DNA of 64,000 nucleotides from Octopus sinensis (lineage: Eukaryota): NCBI RefSeq assembly GCF_006345805.1, contig NC_043000.1, positions 101,866,001-101,930,000 on the forward strand. Direction: 5' to 3'. Of this stretch, positions 1-13,232 are shown piece after piece (the first letter of the stretch is position 1; every line of letters starts with the position of its first letter). The notes below the pieces were generated by a model. It was not told where the DNA came from. It saw nothing but the letters and a program-made list of their open reading frames with translations, and did not search any database. Made by a program: the position numbers and the translations under genes.

Positions 1-2551
1 ATATAAATGTTTAAGTAAGCACAAAGAAATTAAGACAAAATAATACTAATAGCATTGACATTTCAGCCAATGACAGGACGAGCCACACAATTCTAAGACA
101 GCAGTAAAAATGTTTATCTATATTTTTATTTCAAAGAGCAACACAATAGGGTGGATTAATAAATATTACTTGAAGAGCCATTTTATGGAGAAGCTATGGA
201 TGGACGTACTATAATGGAAAAATAAATTTAATTAAAACACAGGACAAGACAACATTTAGAGCATCTATGACATGAAAAAAATATGCACCTAGTATGCTCT
301 GTAAGGTAATTGGTATTAGGGTTGGCATCCTGCCATAGAAGGTTCAGGCAAAACTGGGACACTGGAGCAAGAGGTTGTCCTTTGACTTGCCAAATTTTGT
401 CTCACTGTACAACCCATGCCAGCATGGAAAGCAGGTGTAAAATGATAGTGATGATATCTAATATAAAAGACTAAAGAAAATGTAATGTCACCTGTGACAT
501 ATTTTAACTTCTAAAGGCAATTTCACAGCAGTTTACCGTGAAGAAGAAATACTTGCTTATGGCAGTAAAAGCATCCTTATCAGCTCAGTGGTGCCCTCTC
601 TTGAATTCTTAGACATAGACACAAATATGGCTGTGTGGTTTTAGGTCAAGTCTTTAGGCAAGTGTCTTCTGTAATAGCCTTGGGCCAATCAAAAGCATGT
701 GAGTGGATTTAGGAGACAGAAATTGAAAGATCATTGTATATGTGCATGCACATGAGTGTTTGTGTATTTGTATCAGTCTCATATAAGCAATGTGTCTCAC
801 TTCCAGTCTTCTATGAAAATATGTCCAGCAGTAGAGAAAATATTACTTTGCTTGGAAACAGGGGATGGTCAATGACAGGAAGGGCATCAGGTTGTAAAAG
901 AAAAACCTGCTTTAATGTATTCTACCTGACCCATGCAAGCATGAATAAACGGAGATTAAAAACAGTGACCATAAAAATGATAATGATATATAAATGTTGC
1001 ATTTTGTGAGACAAAATTTTAAATATATTTCCCTGGATTCTCATCAGTGTGTGCAGAACAAAAGCGATTTCTTTTAAAAAAATTCATACTTCATTTGAAA
1101 AATGTACACATTTGGAATGTTTCATGTTCAAACCAGTTTTCTTCAACAAATTGTTAGGTGATTCTGAACACCACCAAACTTGCCAAATAATAAAAAAAGA
1201 ACATTTAACTTCTTACACATATAACATGTTTATATCACATTATGCATACAGTACTGTTTTATTTCATTATATTTGAGATGATAACAATAATGATAAGGAT
1301 ATATTTATATGATACATATCAACTAGGTGTTTAATATAAAATATACAATATAAATATTTATAGAGTATAATATTGGAAAAAAATGTATATGAAATATGAT
1401 GCCTGTGTTTCCAAGGGAAAAATATTGAAATCCCTTTTATGGAATGCAGACTTCATATTTTATGGATTTTTAACATACATACATGCATAAATATGTGTGT
1501 GTGTGTAATATATATATATATATGTATATATAAAATACATATATATACATGCTTTGTATATACACATGCACATCCAAACATATGGTGTATATGTATGTGT
1601 GTGTCTGTATATATATATATATATATATATACACATACACACACACATACATAATGCATATATTATGTGTATCTATATCATCATCATCATCGTTTAATGT
1701 CTGCCTTCCATGCTAGCACACGCACACACACACTTTATATATATATATACATAAATATATGTATGTGTGTTTTATGTATACAACATATATTTTAAGATGG
1801 ATCAGGTTCTGAAAATTGTCCACATAATAAAAAGATAACATAATATATTTCAAGTACTACAAAGTCTTTCATATTACATAATAATGCGATTGTTACAAAA
1901 TAACAAGAAAAAAGAACCTACCATGTGGACACATAAACTTCTTGCATTCTTTTTTTTTTATAGTCACTCAATACCGGTCACTTTACCTTCATAGCTGTTT
2001 TATAGTCAAGCTTATATGAAATATAGCTGCCATTATGTATATTTTATAACAGATCCTCTTTCATTTATCTTTCTGATTGTTATAATCTTATCTGATCATT
2101 GCTGCTTAGACTAACAACGCAGTAAGTGTTGCATTACAAACATAAATCAACATTATTTGCCTCAAACCCATTGTGAGAGTAAAAGTGAAAATAAAGATGA
2201 GTATACTTTGAAATTAAAAAAAATAATTGTGCAATCTCTCTCTCACACATATACACACACGCACACACACACACATATACACACAAGCACAAACACATTC
2301 TCTTTTTTTTTATTTCTAGATCTCTCTTTCTCATACATGATTCTTTATTAATATTTGTCCTATTACCATAAAATGCAATATTATGATACACAGGTATGGC
2401 TGTGTGATTAAGACGTTTGTTTCCCAACTAAGTGGTTTAGAGAGTTCAGTCCCACTGCAAGGCGTTATTGGCAAGTGTCTTCTGCTATAGCCACAGGTCG
2501 ACCAAGGCCTTGTAAGTGGATTAGGTAGACAGAAATTGAAAGAAGCCCTTC

Positions 2552-2577
<26 letters not shown>

Positions 2578-2582
<5 letters not shown>

Positions 2583-2704
2583 AAAAATTTGTTGTATACC
2601 CACTCATTTCTCTGATGCTTCTCATATGAGACTTCTAACATTCTCCTATACACCCACATTTTGAATGCATTGATTATATTCTTTCCAAATTTGTTCATAT
2701 ATAT

Positions 2705-2743
<39 letters not shown>

Positions 2744-3240
2744 GACATCAACATATGATAATTGTCCTCTTTATCATTTATTTGATGTTGGGCTGGTGCT
2801 TGGTTTAGTGTCTGACTGTAGAAACTACTTGGTAACATTGATAAGATATGAACCCTTAAACTTCTGACCAGATAACCAGCAGCCTATCAGTTTGTCTGTC
2901 CATGTTCCTTGTAATTAATGGCAGTAAGTCGTTGTGTGATCTGCAAATGTCATGGACACATTCCCCTCCTTTGACTATCTTCAAAGAATTTAAGAAATAT
3001 CTTTATAACATCCTAGAATATTTCCATGGAATCTTCCTAGTTATAATGTAACATATATCATGTATTTAGCAATAGTGGAGGTTTGAAGTACTGGACTGCT
3101 GGCTCAAATGTCTTCATAAATTCAATGCTTATTGCCAATCAATGTATAACATTGCTACTGTGTAAACTCAATAAATTGCTTTATCAATATGTTATATTTC
3201 CTACTACCATTCCCACTTGATCTTGCTTTAAAATGATCCA
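2578..3240 (-). mobile_element. Highly decayed RTE-like LINE remnant interrupted by (TA)n
   Basis: INAFKMWVYRRMLEVSY at 2578-2697 and an FADD-like remnant (TFADHTT) near 2930-2955. Confidence 0.5.
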
Positions 3241-3599
3241 GCCTTAAAACATTTGCTCAAGAGACCTTTGCACTAATTTATTTTGTACATACTTTTATTC
3301 TTTGCTAATATAAGTTGAATGGTTTGTGTTTGAACAGTTATCAGATATCTCCCCAGTTCAATATTTTTATGATACAGTAGTGGGTGTGTGATTAAGAAAT
3401 TTACTCTTCAGTTAAGAAGTTTACTGTTGTGTGTTCAGGGTCATTGCACAGCACATTGAGTGAATATCTTTTACTAAAGCTCTGCTCCAAGATGAATAAA
3501 GCTGTGTGAGTTGATTTGACAGGTGGGATTGAAAGAAACTTGGCATGTGTGTGTGTGTGTATTTATGTTTAAGTTTGTTTGCACGTCTCTAACAATAAT

Positions 3600-3928
3600 T
3601 TAACTACAAGCCTTGATGTGTCATTCCCCCTATCAACAAATCATTCTCAGGCTTTGCACCTTCAAAGCCATGTGAAATAAGAGATCCCTTGCTTATAAAA
3701 CAGGTATGGTTTAATGATAAACAAGGCATCATCTGTGAAAACAAGGCCACAATAATAGATTCATCAAACTTATGCTGCTTGTATGGTGAAATAGACATAA
3801 AATGAACCAAACTCCATTATTCACCAAATGCCACATATCAGAAGAGATTTCAAATAATGAAAGTGTAGCAAAACTAACAGTGGTGCCACAGCATGATTGC
3901 AGCTCTTGAGCTGAAACTATTAAAGATA
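3600..3928 (+). mobile_element. Decayed CR1-like LINE 3' end
   Basis: Ends with GGTGCCACAGCATG...CAGCTC(TT)GAGCTG-AAAC, the same tail layout as the CR1 fragment at 40272 and the SINE family A tail. Confidence 0.45.
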
Positions 3929-5236
3929 GGTGAAAGAATGAGCTTTAATAAAAAAAGAATGGAATCCTGTTCTCCAGACCCTCCAATCTCCTCACATTAA
4001 TGCAGTTGATGTTCAACTTGAACAGCTGCCTTACCTTTTTGTGCTATAAGGTCATGAATGACTCCTGGTGATTTCTTTGATAAGTGTTTGTCTAGAAATT
4101 TTCATGGAAGAAAACAACAGTTATTTGAAATTGCCTTTTTGAGGGGGTAAAGTTTTAAAAGATACCATCTCATTGACTAGATATAGACAAGTCTACCACA
4201 CTGATTAGGGCATTCAAATTACAAAAAAGCCAAGACAGATGCCACAAAATACTTTGCCCAATAAAAAAAAATTATTTACACTTTCTACAGTGAGATCTGA
4301 AACAACGATTTGCATATTTATTCTTGATACATTTTAGTAAATTCAAACACTAAATATGACAGTCACTGTTGTGTATGTTGCAGGAGTACTTCTTGCTTTT
4401 ATGATGACTGTGTTTCGTAACACACTCAACTCATTAATACAAGAGATTCTGGGACATAAGGTTTCAGCATGTGTCTTCTCAGCCGGGAGAAGCCTGACCT
4501 TTTGAGCCCAAACAAGCCACTGGCTTTGTTTATACTTTCAGCAAACAATTTGCTGATCAATACTTATACCTGCCAATGTTCTCTCTTTTCATGTGCCATG
4601 CCTTGAGGCATCAGTGAATATTCATGATTTTCTTGTGTAAGATAGAGTAGTGATTTCATGTTGCCTTCTTCAACTGGTTTATTTACAGTTTACTCTGCAA
4701 GACTGTTGCTCTCTTGAGTTAATCATTGAGGCAAAGGATCTGTTTAACAATTAGGCAGGAAGACCGGTTCAAGTGACATCAGAGATTATCCTCTCACCAG
4801 TGGGTCAATGTGAACCCTTTCTAAGAGGATCAGCCCTCCAACCAAGTTCTGTATGCCAAAATCATCTTCTGCTAACTGACGTATGATTGAGACCTTTGAC
4901 AGGTACTACCACCTTGGGCCAGAGAAGACCTGAGAGAAGTGGTGACAAAGGAGTAATTTTTTACTCTCCCAAACTCCTGAATCTCTGAGTTAAAGTCTCA
5001 TCCCTAAATGAAGTTTATTGTCTTATTCAGGATCTAATCTTCTAATATCTTTATCAATTCATAACCATGAACTGGGGCTCCATTTTTACAACTCCAGAAA
5101 GATGAAAGAGAAAAGTGAGACTCAGCTGAATTTAAACTAAGCATGTAAACAACCAAAGCAAAACCTATAGAGCATTTTTGTCTAATCAGCTCACAATTCA
5201 GCTGCAAGTCTTTGTATGTAGGTGAAATATAGGTAG

Positions 5237-5500
5237 TCAGAGAATATTAGAAAGTTGGCATTCTAGTGACAAAAGATTTGGAAGGGTTGTTGGTGTGGGT
5301 AGCGACTGAGAAAGGGAGACACAAAGTAGATGATAGGAGGAGAAGGAGGTACAAATGGATGGAGAAGCCTGGGTAAGATGTGCTATTAAACTAGGTAGTT
5401 CTGAAGAGCAGAGGCTGTTGTAGTTGTGCGTGAAAGAGGCTGTGTGAGAAGATAATGTGGTTGAAAAGATTAGAGGTTTGATTGTGTTCATTAGGGAGTC
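5237..5500 (-). mobile_element. L2/CR1-group LINE C-terminal remnant (related copy at about 19075-19405, +)
   Basis: NYNSLCSSEL...CVSL in this copy; LQPLVDKHAVS...TLWKFL in the other; both resemble LINE ORF2 C-termini. Confidence 0.4.
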
Positions 5501-6610
5501 CTTGTTAATTGGATATGAAGTGCTAATGAGACTTTGATAATATGACTCTTTGATATTATTTTCCAGACTAAGTTACATGACTTATTCAAAGACAATGGTG
5601 ACAGTAATGGGTTATGCATTCATGATCATGAGGTCAATATCTCAGCACCTTAACTTCATAAGCATAGCACAGCATAAGTAAACTTATATGGAAGAACACG
5701 AACTATGTTGTTATCTGAAAATTAAAAAAAGACAAAAAAGAAATCAATTTTCCATCATTAGAAATTTAATAGAAATATCTTAATCTTACTCTGTTTGTTT
5801 ACCTTATACCAGATGTGTCATTGTCACTTATTGGCCTTCTATCACCTGCAATTATTCTTTAAACTAATGCTACTATTACTACGAATAATGATAGCAACAA
5901 AAATAATAATAATAAAATGAAACATGAAGGAAATCACATATAACACTAGATCAATATAGTTTTATGCTAGCTTATTTATTTGTCTCTTAACGATTTAATT
6001 TAGCTGTGTCCAGAATATTAAACTGGAAGAGATCTTAAGTATGTTTTTTATATATATATATATATATTGTTAATCTTATCAGCATTGTCATCTGTCATTC
6101 CATTGCATAGAATTATTTGCTAGCAAGAACTAGCTTATTACACTTATACTTGATTAGAATTGACAATTCTGTAGACAGCATTCATTAATCTTTATTGAGA
6201 GTTAGCCTGAAAGAGTGTCACAGTGCTGATATTATAATGGTTACTATTCTTCAGTTGTTACCAAAGCTGAATGGAGGAATTTAAAAACTACTGGCACAGA
6301 AATCACATTGAACAAAGTACAACAAAAATTAAATAACTTTGTACTATTTAACAGATCTGTATAGTTTATATGTATATCAATATAAATACATGCATGGGTG
6401 CACATGTGTGTGTATATGTGTGTGTGTATGTATGCACATATGTATATAATATATATATGCATACATATGTATTTATATATATATGTATATATGTGCATAT
6501 ATTTATATATGCAAGTATATATGTATGTATATGTATATACATACATATATATGTATGTATGTATGTAAATAAAAGGAAAACGTAGAGTTCAAATTGACAT
6601 ATGTTAATTT

Positions 6611-7014
6611 GTAGGAGTGGCTGTGTGGTAAGTAGTTTGCTTATGAACCAATGGTTCCGGGTTCAGTCCCACTGCATGGCACCTTGGGCAAGTGTCTTCT
6701 ACTATAGCCTCGGGCCAACCAAAGCATTGAGTGAAATTGGTAGACGGAAACAGAAAGAAGCCTGTCGTATATATGTATATATATATGTGTGTGTGTGTAT
6801 GTGTTTGTGTCACTGTGTTTGTCCCCCCAAAATCACTTGACAACAGATGCCGATGTGTTTATGTCCCTGCAACTTAGCAGTTCGGCAAAAGAGACCAATA
6901 AAATAAGTACTAGGCTTACAAAGAATAAGTCCTGGGGTTGATTGGCTCGACTAAAGGCGGTGCTCCAGCATGGCTACAGTCAAATGACTGAAACAAGTAA
7001 AAGAGTAAAAGAGT
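6611..7014 (+). mobile_element. tRNA-derived SINE family A, full length
   Basis: A-box-like TGGCTGTGTGG, B-box-like GGTTCAGTCCC, ACCTTGGGCAAGTG core, internal (TA/TG)n, tail ...CCAGCATGG...GACTGAAAC(AAGTAAAAGAG)n. Partial copies at about 627-740, 2391-2551, 3378-3545, 24441-24575, 24785-24975, 48097-48250, 53100-53320. Confidence 0.9.
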
Positions 7015-7561
7015 ATTATACTATTATTACAATAATATAAAAATGTAAAATTAAATATAAATAAAATCCCTACAATTCTTTCAATTCAAACCCAAAAACC
7101 AACAATAAATTTATAAAATTCATATTATGGAAATATTTTGGGTAAGAATTTTGTCAAGTAACAAATGAAAATCACATATGAGAAATTTGAAATCATTTTT
7201 ATATTATTGTCATAATAATATAATATCATGTTAATAATTAACATATGTCAATTTGAACTCACCATTTTCATTTTATTATTGTATATTGTGTATATATACC
7301 TATTCATATTGGAGAAATGTTTCTACTAAATATTGTATATTGGGTATTGAACAGTTAATCAGTGAAAACTGGATGTTTTACATCCCTATTAGAGGAACTT
7401 ATTTCTTTGCATTGGATGTATGCGTGTGTGTATATATATATACATACACACACACATATATATATATAGATGGAATTTACAAAAAAAAAACAAAAGATGA
7501 AGACAGGTGTATAAACAACAAACAGGTGTATTAGTTTAACTCTCAGGAAGGTGATAAAGTC

Positions 7562-7595
7562 TTTTACATTTTGAGCCTACACTCTTCAACAGAAA
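7562..7595 (-). ncRNA. Degenerate minimal hammerhead motif
   Basis: UUU-CUGUUGA-A-GAG(UGUAGG)CUC-AAAAU-GUA-AAA; same layout as 9677-9709 but both core boxes are altered. Confidence 0.45.
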
Positions 7596-8249
7596 GGAAT
7601 ACGAGAAAATATATAGAGAGAGAATAAGAAAAGCTTTAGCAGCTCGTGGTCAATCATGGCAGCTGGCTGGATGGAGGTGGTAAGACAGGAGAGCAAGGAA
7701 TGTGTGTATGCATGTTTATGTGAGAGTATGTGTGTTTATATGAGACAGGAGAGCAAGGAATGTGTGCATGCGTGTTTATGTGAGAGTATGTAAGTGTTTG
7801 CATGTGTAGGTGTATGGATGATGGTATGGGTGCTTGGAAGTTTTCGGTGCTAGGGTGTGCAAGGTAGTTTGGTCTGGTGTGACATGATGTGGTGTGGGTG
7901 CTGGGAAGTGGTTAGTGCTAGTGTGTGCAGGGTGGTGTGGTGTGTTGTATGTTGTGGTGTGCAGGTGTGTGGTATGGTGGCATTAGTGTGTAGGGATGCA
8001 AGGGTGAGTTGGGGGTTTGGGTGACGATGTGGGAGGGGTAGTGTGAGTGGGATGTATTGGGATGGTACGGTTGGGATGGAGGGGTAATGATGAAGGGAGA
8101 AGATGGGTAGGAGTGAAGAGGGGAAGTAGGTGTCAGGGCAGGAGAGGAGAGTTGGGTAGGAGTGAAGAGAGGAAGTAGGTGTGAGATGAAGAGATGAGAG
8201 AGGAGGAGAGTCAGATGATGAGGGGAGGGGTGTCAGATGAAGAAGGGAA

Positions 8250-9590
8250 GGGAGTTGAGCCCATGTGGCACAAAGGAGCAAAGAGAGAATATTAATTCCT
8301 GTTCACAGCGAAGGCAGGAGTCCAGATGACCCCTGTGCAAAGACAATCCAAACACAGACAGGTGTTGTAATGAATGACCAGTAGACCAGAAATGGCATGA
8401 AGCTGGGGTGGTGTTACCGAGTCTAATGTCTCAGAGGCGTTCTATGAACTGGTCAGCCAAGTGGTGTCCTGTTTGGCAGATGTACAGAGAAGGACAGAAA
8501 GAGCAGGAGATGCAGTAAATGACATTGCTAGAAGTGCATGTAAAGGAGTCAGTGATATGATAGGGATGATGATGGGTGCTTGTGAGGATGGTGGTGTTGG
8601 AGAGGTAAGGGCAAGTGCAGCAGCATGGGCAAGAGCAGGGGAATAAGCCAGGCTGGGAGGAGGGTTAGGGAAGAAACTGTGGATCAGGAGGTCACATAGG
8701 TTGTGGGCTCGTTTGAAGGAGGGGAAGGTATATTGGGGAAGATGTACAAACTGGTGGGGTTGGACTGGAGTAACTGGAAGGCTTGGAGAATGTTGCATTG
8801 GAGAGGTAGGGTGGTAGGTGAGGGGAAATTGGAGACGGTAGTGCCAAGGTGGATGCAGGGAGAGAGCAGATGCACGGTCCACAGAAGTGCTCTGGCAAGG
8901 GTGGTGTTGATAGTGGTGAGGGGATATACACAAAGGATGAAGTAGCGAGCAATGAGTTGAGACTGAGTCACAAAGTTACGGTTGTCACTGCAGAGCCTGC
9001 GCAGGTGAAGGAATTAGGAGTAGGGGATGGAGAGCTTGGTGTGGGTAGGGTGGGAGGAGAAGAAGTTGAGGTATGAGTGTCAGTCGGTGTGTTTGTAGTG
9101 AATGGAGTTGGTGAGAGTGGAGTGGTGTATGTTGACCAAAATATCAAGAAAGGCGACAGAAGTGTTGGAAATGGTGTAGGAGAATTCGAGCGCAGGATGG
9201 AAAGATTGGACAAAAGAGAGGAAGAAGTCTAGTTGTTCACAGGAGAGTGAGATCGCATCAATGCAATCATCAATATAACGACCATATAGTTCAGGAGTGG
9301 GACCTGTGAATCTTGAAAATATTTGGGCCTCAACATAGCCAATGAACAGGTTTGCATAGTTGGGCCCATTCTCATTCCCATGGCCACTCCCAAGACCTAT
9401 TGGTAAAACTCCCCTGCAAACGAGAAGCAGTTGAGGGAGAGAACAAGTTCGGCCAGATAAAGAAGTGTAGACGTGTCATGCTGGAGGTTAGATTGAAGGT
9501 CTAGGTAGTGTTTGAGGAGAAGAAACCCCTTGTGGTGTGGGATCACCGTATATAGGCTCTTGATATCAAGATTGAAGAGAAATTTAGAAG
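8250..9590 (-). pseudogene. Penelope-like reverse transcriptase plus GIY-YIG endonuclease, with stops and frameshifts
   Basis: FNLDIKSLYTVIPH; FYQ*VLGVAMGMRMGP/NYANLFIGYVE; YGRYIDDC; FLDILV; HYKHTDTH; and NVIYCISC...LYICQTG (degenerate GIY-YIG). Confidence 0.9.
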
Positions 9591-9605
9591 GGCCAGGAGG
9601 GATAG

Positions 9606-9810
9606 GTGACCGCGTGTGTATCGTTGGCAATTTTTTTACTCCGTCTTCCCTTCCTTGGATCTTTCCTTTTTCTATGTTTCTGACGAAGAGCTCCACTCGA
9701 AACGTTAAATCCTCCTTCTTTCTTTCCTTTCCTGAGAGTCCAATAACACTATACTTGATCCACGTTGTCACGTTGTTGTGTTTTCTCTTTGTTTCACGTT
9801 TGGATTAACT
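9606..9810 (+). mobile_element. Penelope-type pseudo-LTR, inverted relative to the adjacent ORF
   Basis: Homologous to 60394-60588 (minus) and more distantly to 7468-7660; carries a hammerhead core and ends at (TA)n. Confidence 0.75.
9677..9709 (+). ncRNA. Minimal type I hammerhead ribozyme motif
   Basis: UUU-CUGACGA-A-GAG(CUCCA)CUC-GAAAC-GUU-AAA: intact CUGANGA and GAAA cores, 3-bp stem II, palindromic ACGU in place of stem III. Confidence 0.75.
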
Positions 9811-9870
9811 TATATATATATATATATATATGTGTGTGTATGTATATATGTATGTATGTATATATGTATG

Positions 9871-9904
<34 letters not shown>

Positions 9905-9907
<3 letters not shown>

Positions 9908-10542
9908 TCATCATCATTTAGCGTCCGTTTTACATGCTAGCATGGGTTGGACGGTTTAACTGGGGTCTGTGAAGCCGGAAGGCTTCATCAGGCCCAGTCA
10001 GATTTGGCAGTGTTTCTATGGCTGGATGCCCTTCCTAACGCCAACCACTCCGTGAGTGTAGTGGGTGCTTTTTACGTGCCACCTGCACAGGTGCCAGACA
10101 GAGCTGGCAAACGGCCACGAACGGATGGTGTTTTTTCGTGCCACCGGCACGGGGACCAGGCGAGGCTGGCAATGGACACGAGCGGATGGTGCTTTTACGT
10201 GCCAACGGCACGGAGACCAGGCGGGGCTGGCAACGGACACGAGCGGATGGTGCTTTTATGTGCTACCGGCACAGGGGCCAGGCAAGGCTGGCAACGGACA
10301 CGAGCGTATGGTGCTTTTACGTGCTACCAGCATATATGTATATATATATATACATATGTATATATATATATATATATGTATAAATATATATATATATGCA
10401 TATATATATATATATTATATATATATATAGTATATATATATATTACATATATATATATATATATATATATATTATGTATATATATATATATACAATATAT
10501 ATATATATGTATATATATATATGTATAATATATATATATATA

Positions 10543-10581
<39 letters not shown>

Positions 10582-10707
10582 TATATAATGTATATATATG
10601 TATATATATATATATATACCTATATATATATATATATATTATATATATATATAACATATATATATATATATATTATGTATATATATATATATATAGATAT
10701 ATATATA

Positions 10708-10767
<60 letters not shown>

Positions 10768-11600
10768 ATACCTATATATATATATATCATCATCATCATC
10801 ATCATCATCATTTAGCGTCCGCTTTCCATGCCAGCATGGGTTGGACGGGTCAACTGGGGTCTGTGAAGCTGGAAGGCTTCGACAAGCCCAGTCAGATCTG
10901 GCAGTGTTTCTACGGCTGGATGCCCTTCCCAATGCCAACCACTCCGCGAGTGTAGTGGGTGCTTTTTACGTGCCACCTGCACAGGTGCCAGACAGAGCTG
11001 GCAAACGGCCACGAACGGATGGTGCTTTTACGTGTCACCGGCACGGGGCCAGGCGATGCTGGCAACGGACACGAACAGATGGTGCTTTTACGTGCCACCG
11101 ACACGGTTGCCAGACAGAGCTGGCAAATGGCCACGAACGGACGGTGCTTTTACGTGTCACCGGCACGGGAGCCAGCCGAGGCTGGCAACGGACGCGAACG
11201 GATGGTGCTTTTACGTGCCACCGACACGGTTGCCAGACAGAGCTGGCAAACGGCCACGAACGGACGGTGCTTTTACGTGTCACCGACACGGGGCCAGACA
11301 GAGCTGGCCAACGGCCATGAACGGATGGTGCTTTTACGTGCCACCGACACGGGGCCAGACAGAGCTGGCAAATGGCCACGAACGGATGGTGCTTTTACGT
11401 GTCACCGGCACGGGGCCAGGCGAGGCTGGCAACGAACACGAACGGATGGTGCTTTTACGTGCCACCGACACGGGGGCCAGGCTGAGCTGGCAAACGGCCA
11501 CAAGCGAATGGTGCTTTTACGTATCACCGGCACGGGTGCCAGACCAGGCTGACAGCAGACATGAACGGATGGGTCACTTAACCCCTGCTTTCTGATATAT
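9905..11600 (-). mobile_element. Two tandem copies (9905-10332, 10788-11600) of a (GAT)n-tailed SINE-like element with an internal about 60-bp minisatellite
   Basis: Shared (CAT)n-TTAGCGTCCG...CATGGGTTGGACGG end; repeat unit GCTGGCAAACGGCCACGAACGGATGGTGCTTTTACGTGCCACCGGCACGGGGCCAG..; related tails at about 300-455, 12728-13190, 24140-24328. Confidence 0.8.
10333..10787. repeat. Long (TA)n microsatellite (others at about 11618-12013, 14040-14270, 22490-22903, 39508-39858, 41086-41247, 43735-44142)
   Basis: Direct reading; these arrays produce the YIYI-type ORFs in the track. Confidence 0.95.
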
Positions 11601-11615
11601 GATTTGATTTTGATT

Positions 11616-11712
<97 letters not shown>

Positions 11713-11878
11713 GTGTGTGCATGTTTGTATGAATGTGTGTGTGTGTATACACAAACACATATATATATTGAATGTATTTATATATATATGCATATATTTG
11801 CTTATTCCTATATATACATGCATGTATATATTTGTATGCATATATATATATTAATTAATTTTACCCTTTATTATATTG

Positions 11879-11923
<45 letters not shown>

Positions 11924-11935
11924 GTATACATATAT

Positions 11936-12013
<78 letters not shown>

Positions 12014-13232
12014 GACTGTGTATATGTATATGAAGTGAGACTCAGAGTCATCAGTCATTTGATATGTAAAATAAATTAGGTAACTAAATGTTCCTGTCTT
12101 TTGAATGTTAATAATTCATTTTAAATTGCTATCTGTTTCACTTTATGCAATATATATATATATATATATAAGTTCCGATAGTAGAAATGATGATGTCTAA
12201 ATTAATTAACTTTGTTGATTATAAAATTGTGATGATTCTCTCTTTCATTTTATATATTCATTTTATTTATTTATTTGTTTATTATCTCTTTCTGAAATTT
12301 TACCATTTTTACATACGTTGTGCTATGCCAAGATATACACAACCAACCAGACAATCAGCATGCATACTAAAGCATTTATCTTTAAATTAAAATCATTATA
12401 AAAAGTCCTTTATAGTGTGATATTTGTCAACTGCTGCGTAATGTATCAGTAACAATCAATAAGAAAATTTGTACATGGTCACTGGATACTCTAAGAACAG
12501 CAACCAAATCTCTCTCAAATAATACTTTATTAACCCTTTCATTCCCATATTTCTGCTGAAGTACAGTACTTTTGTTTTAATTACTTTTGAAAATATTGAA
12601 GAATTTTGTAAAATAATCTGGTGTTTGGAACAAATTGCCGGGAAATTTTGAGGGAAGATTTTAATTTAGATTACTATAAAACAGACAGTTTCTATTGTAG
12701 AACCATGGACAGTCTTAGTTGGGTTTGATCATCATTATCATCATCATTTAATGTACATCTTCCATGTTGGCATCGGTTGGACAGTTTGACAGCAGCTGGC
12801 CAGGTAGAAGACTGCCCTAGACTTCTGTGTCTATTTTGGCATGGTTTTTGCAGCTGGATACCCTTCCTAACACCAGCCACCTCATAAAGTGGACTGAATG
12901 CTTTTTACATGGCACCATCACATTTTGGTATGGTTTTTACAGCTGGGTGCCCTTCCAAATATCAATCACTTCACAGTGTAGACTTGATGCATTTTTCATG
13001 ACACCAGCACCAGCAGGGTCACCAAGTAACTTGCATGACAAGGAATTTTGAGAGGATAGGGGGCTTTAGAGAATTTGATCTTGTGTCAGATGGTGATAAA
13101 TTAGAGTGTATCTGAAAGACAGAGAGGTAGAAAAAGATGTGTTGCTGTAGAGGAGGTACATGGTTACCCAGCCAAAAGAGATAAAGAGGTAACAAGAAAA
13201 AGGACTAACACAGGTGTGCTGTTGTAAAAGAG

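Larger units (their letters stand above)
7468..9598 (-). mobile_element. 5'-truncated, decayed Penelope-like retroelement with 3' pseudo-LTR
   Basis: RT and GIY-YIG remnants on the minus strand, a low-complexity 3' region at 7660-8250, and a pseudo-LTR at 7468-7660 abutting (TA)n. Confidence 0.9.

Noticed and set aside
7850-8281. 143-aa Pro/His/Thr-rich ORF
   Set aside because: Low-complexity 3' region of the Penelope-like element.
10080-11570. CRISPR-like regularly spaced repeats and overlapping 100-200 aa ORFs
   Set aside because: The intervening sequences are themselves repeated, with no unique spacers or cas genes; this is a minisatellite in eukaryotic DNA.
12290-12390. RCAMPRYT...ILKH as a candidate penultimate GT7 exon
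   Set aside because: No suitable splice sites and only superficial similarity.
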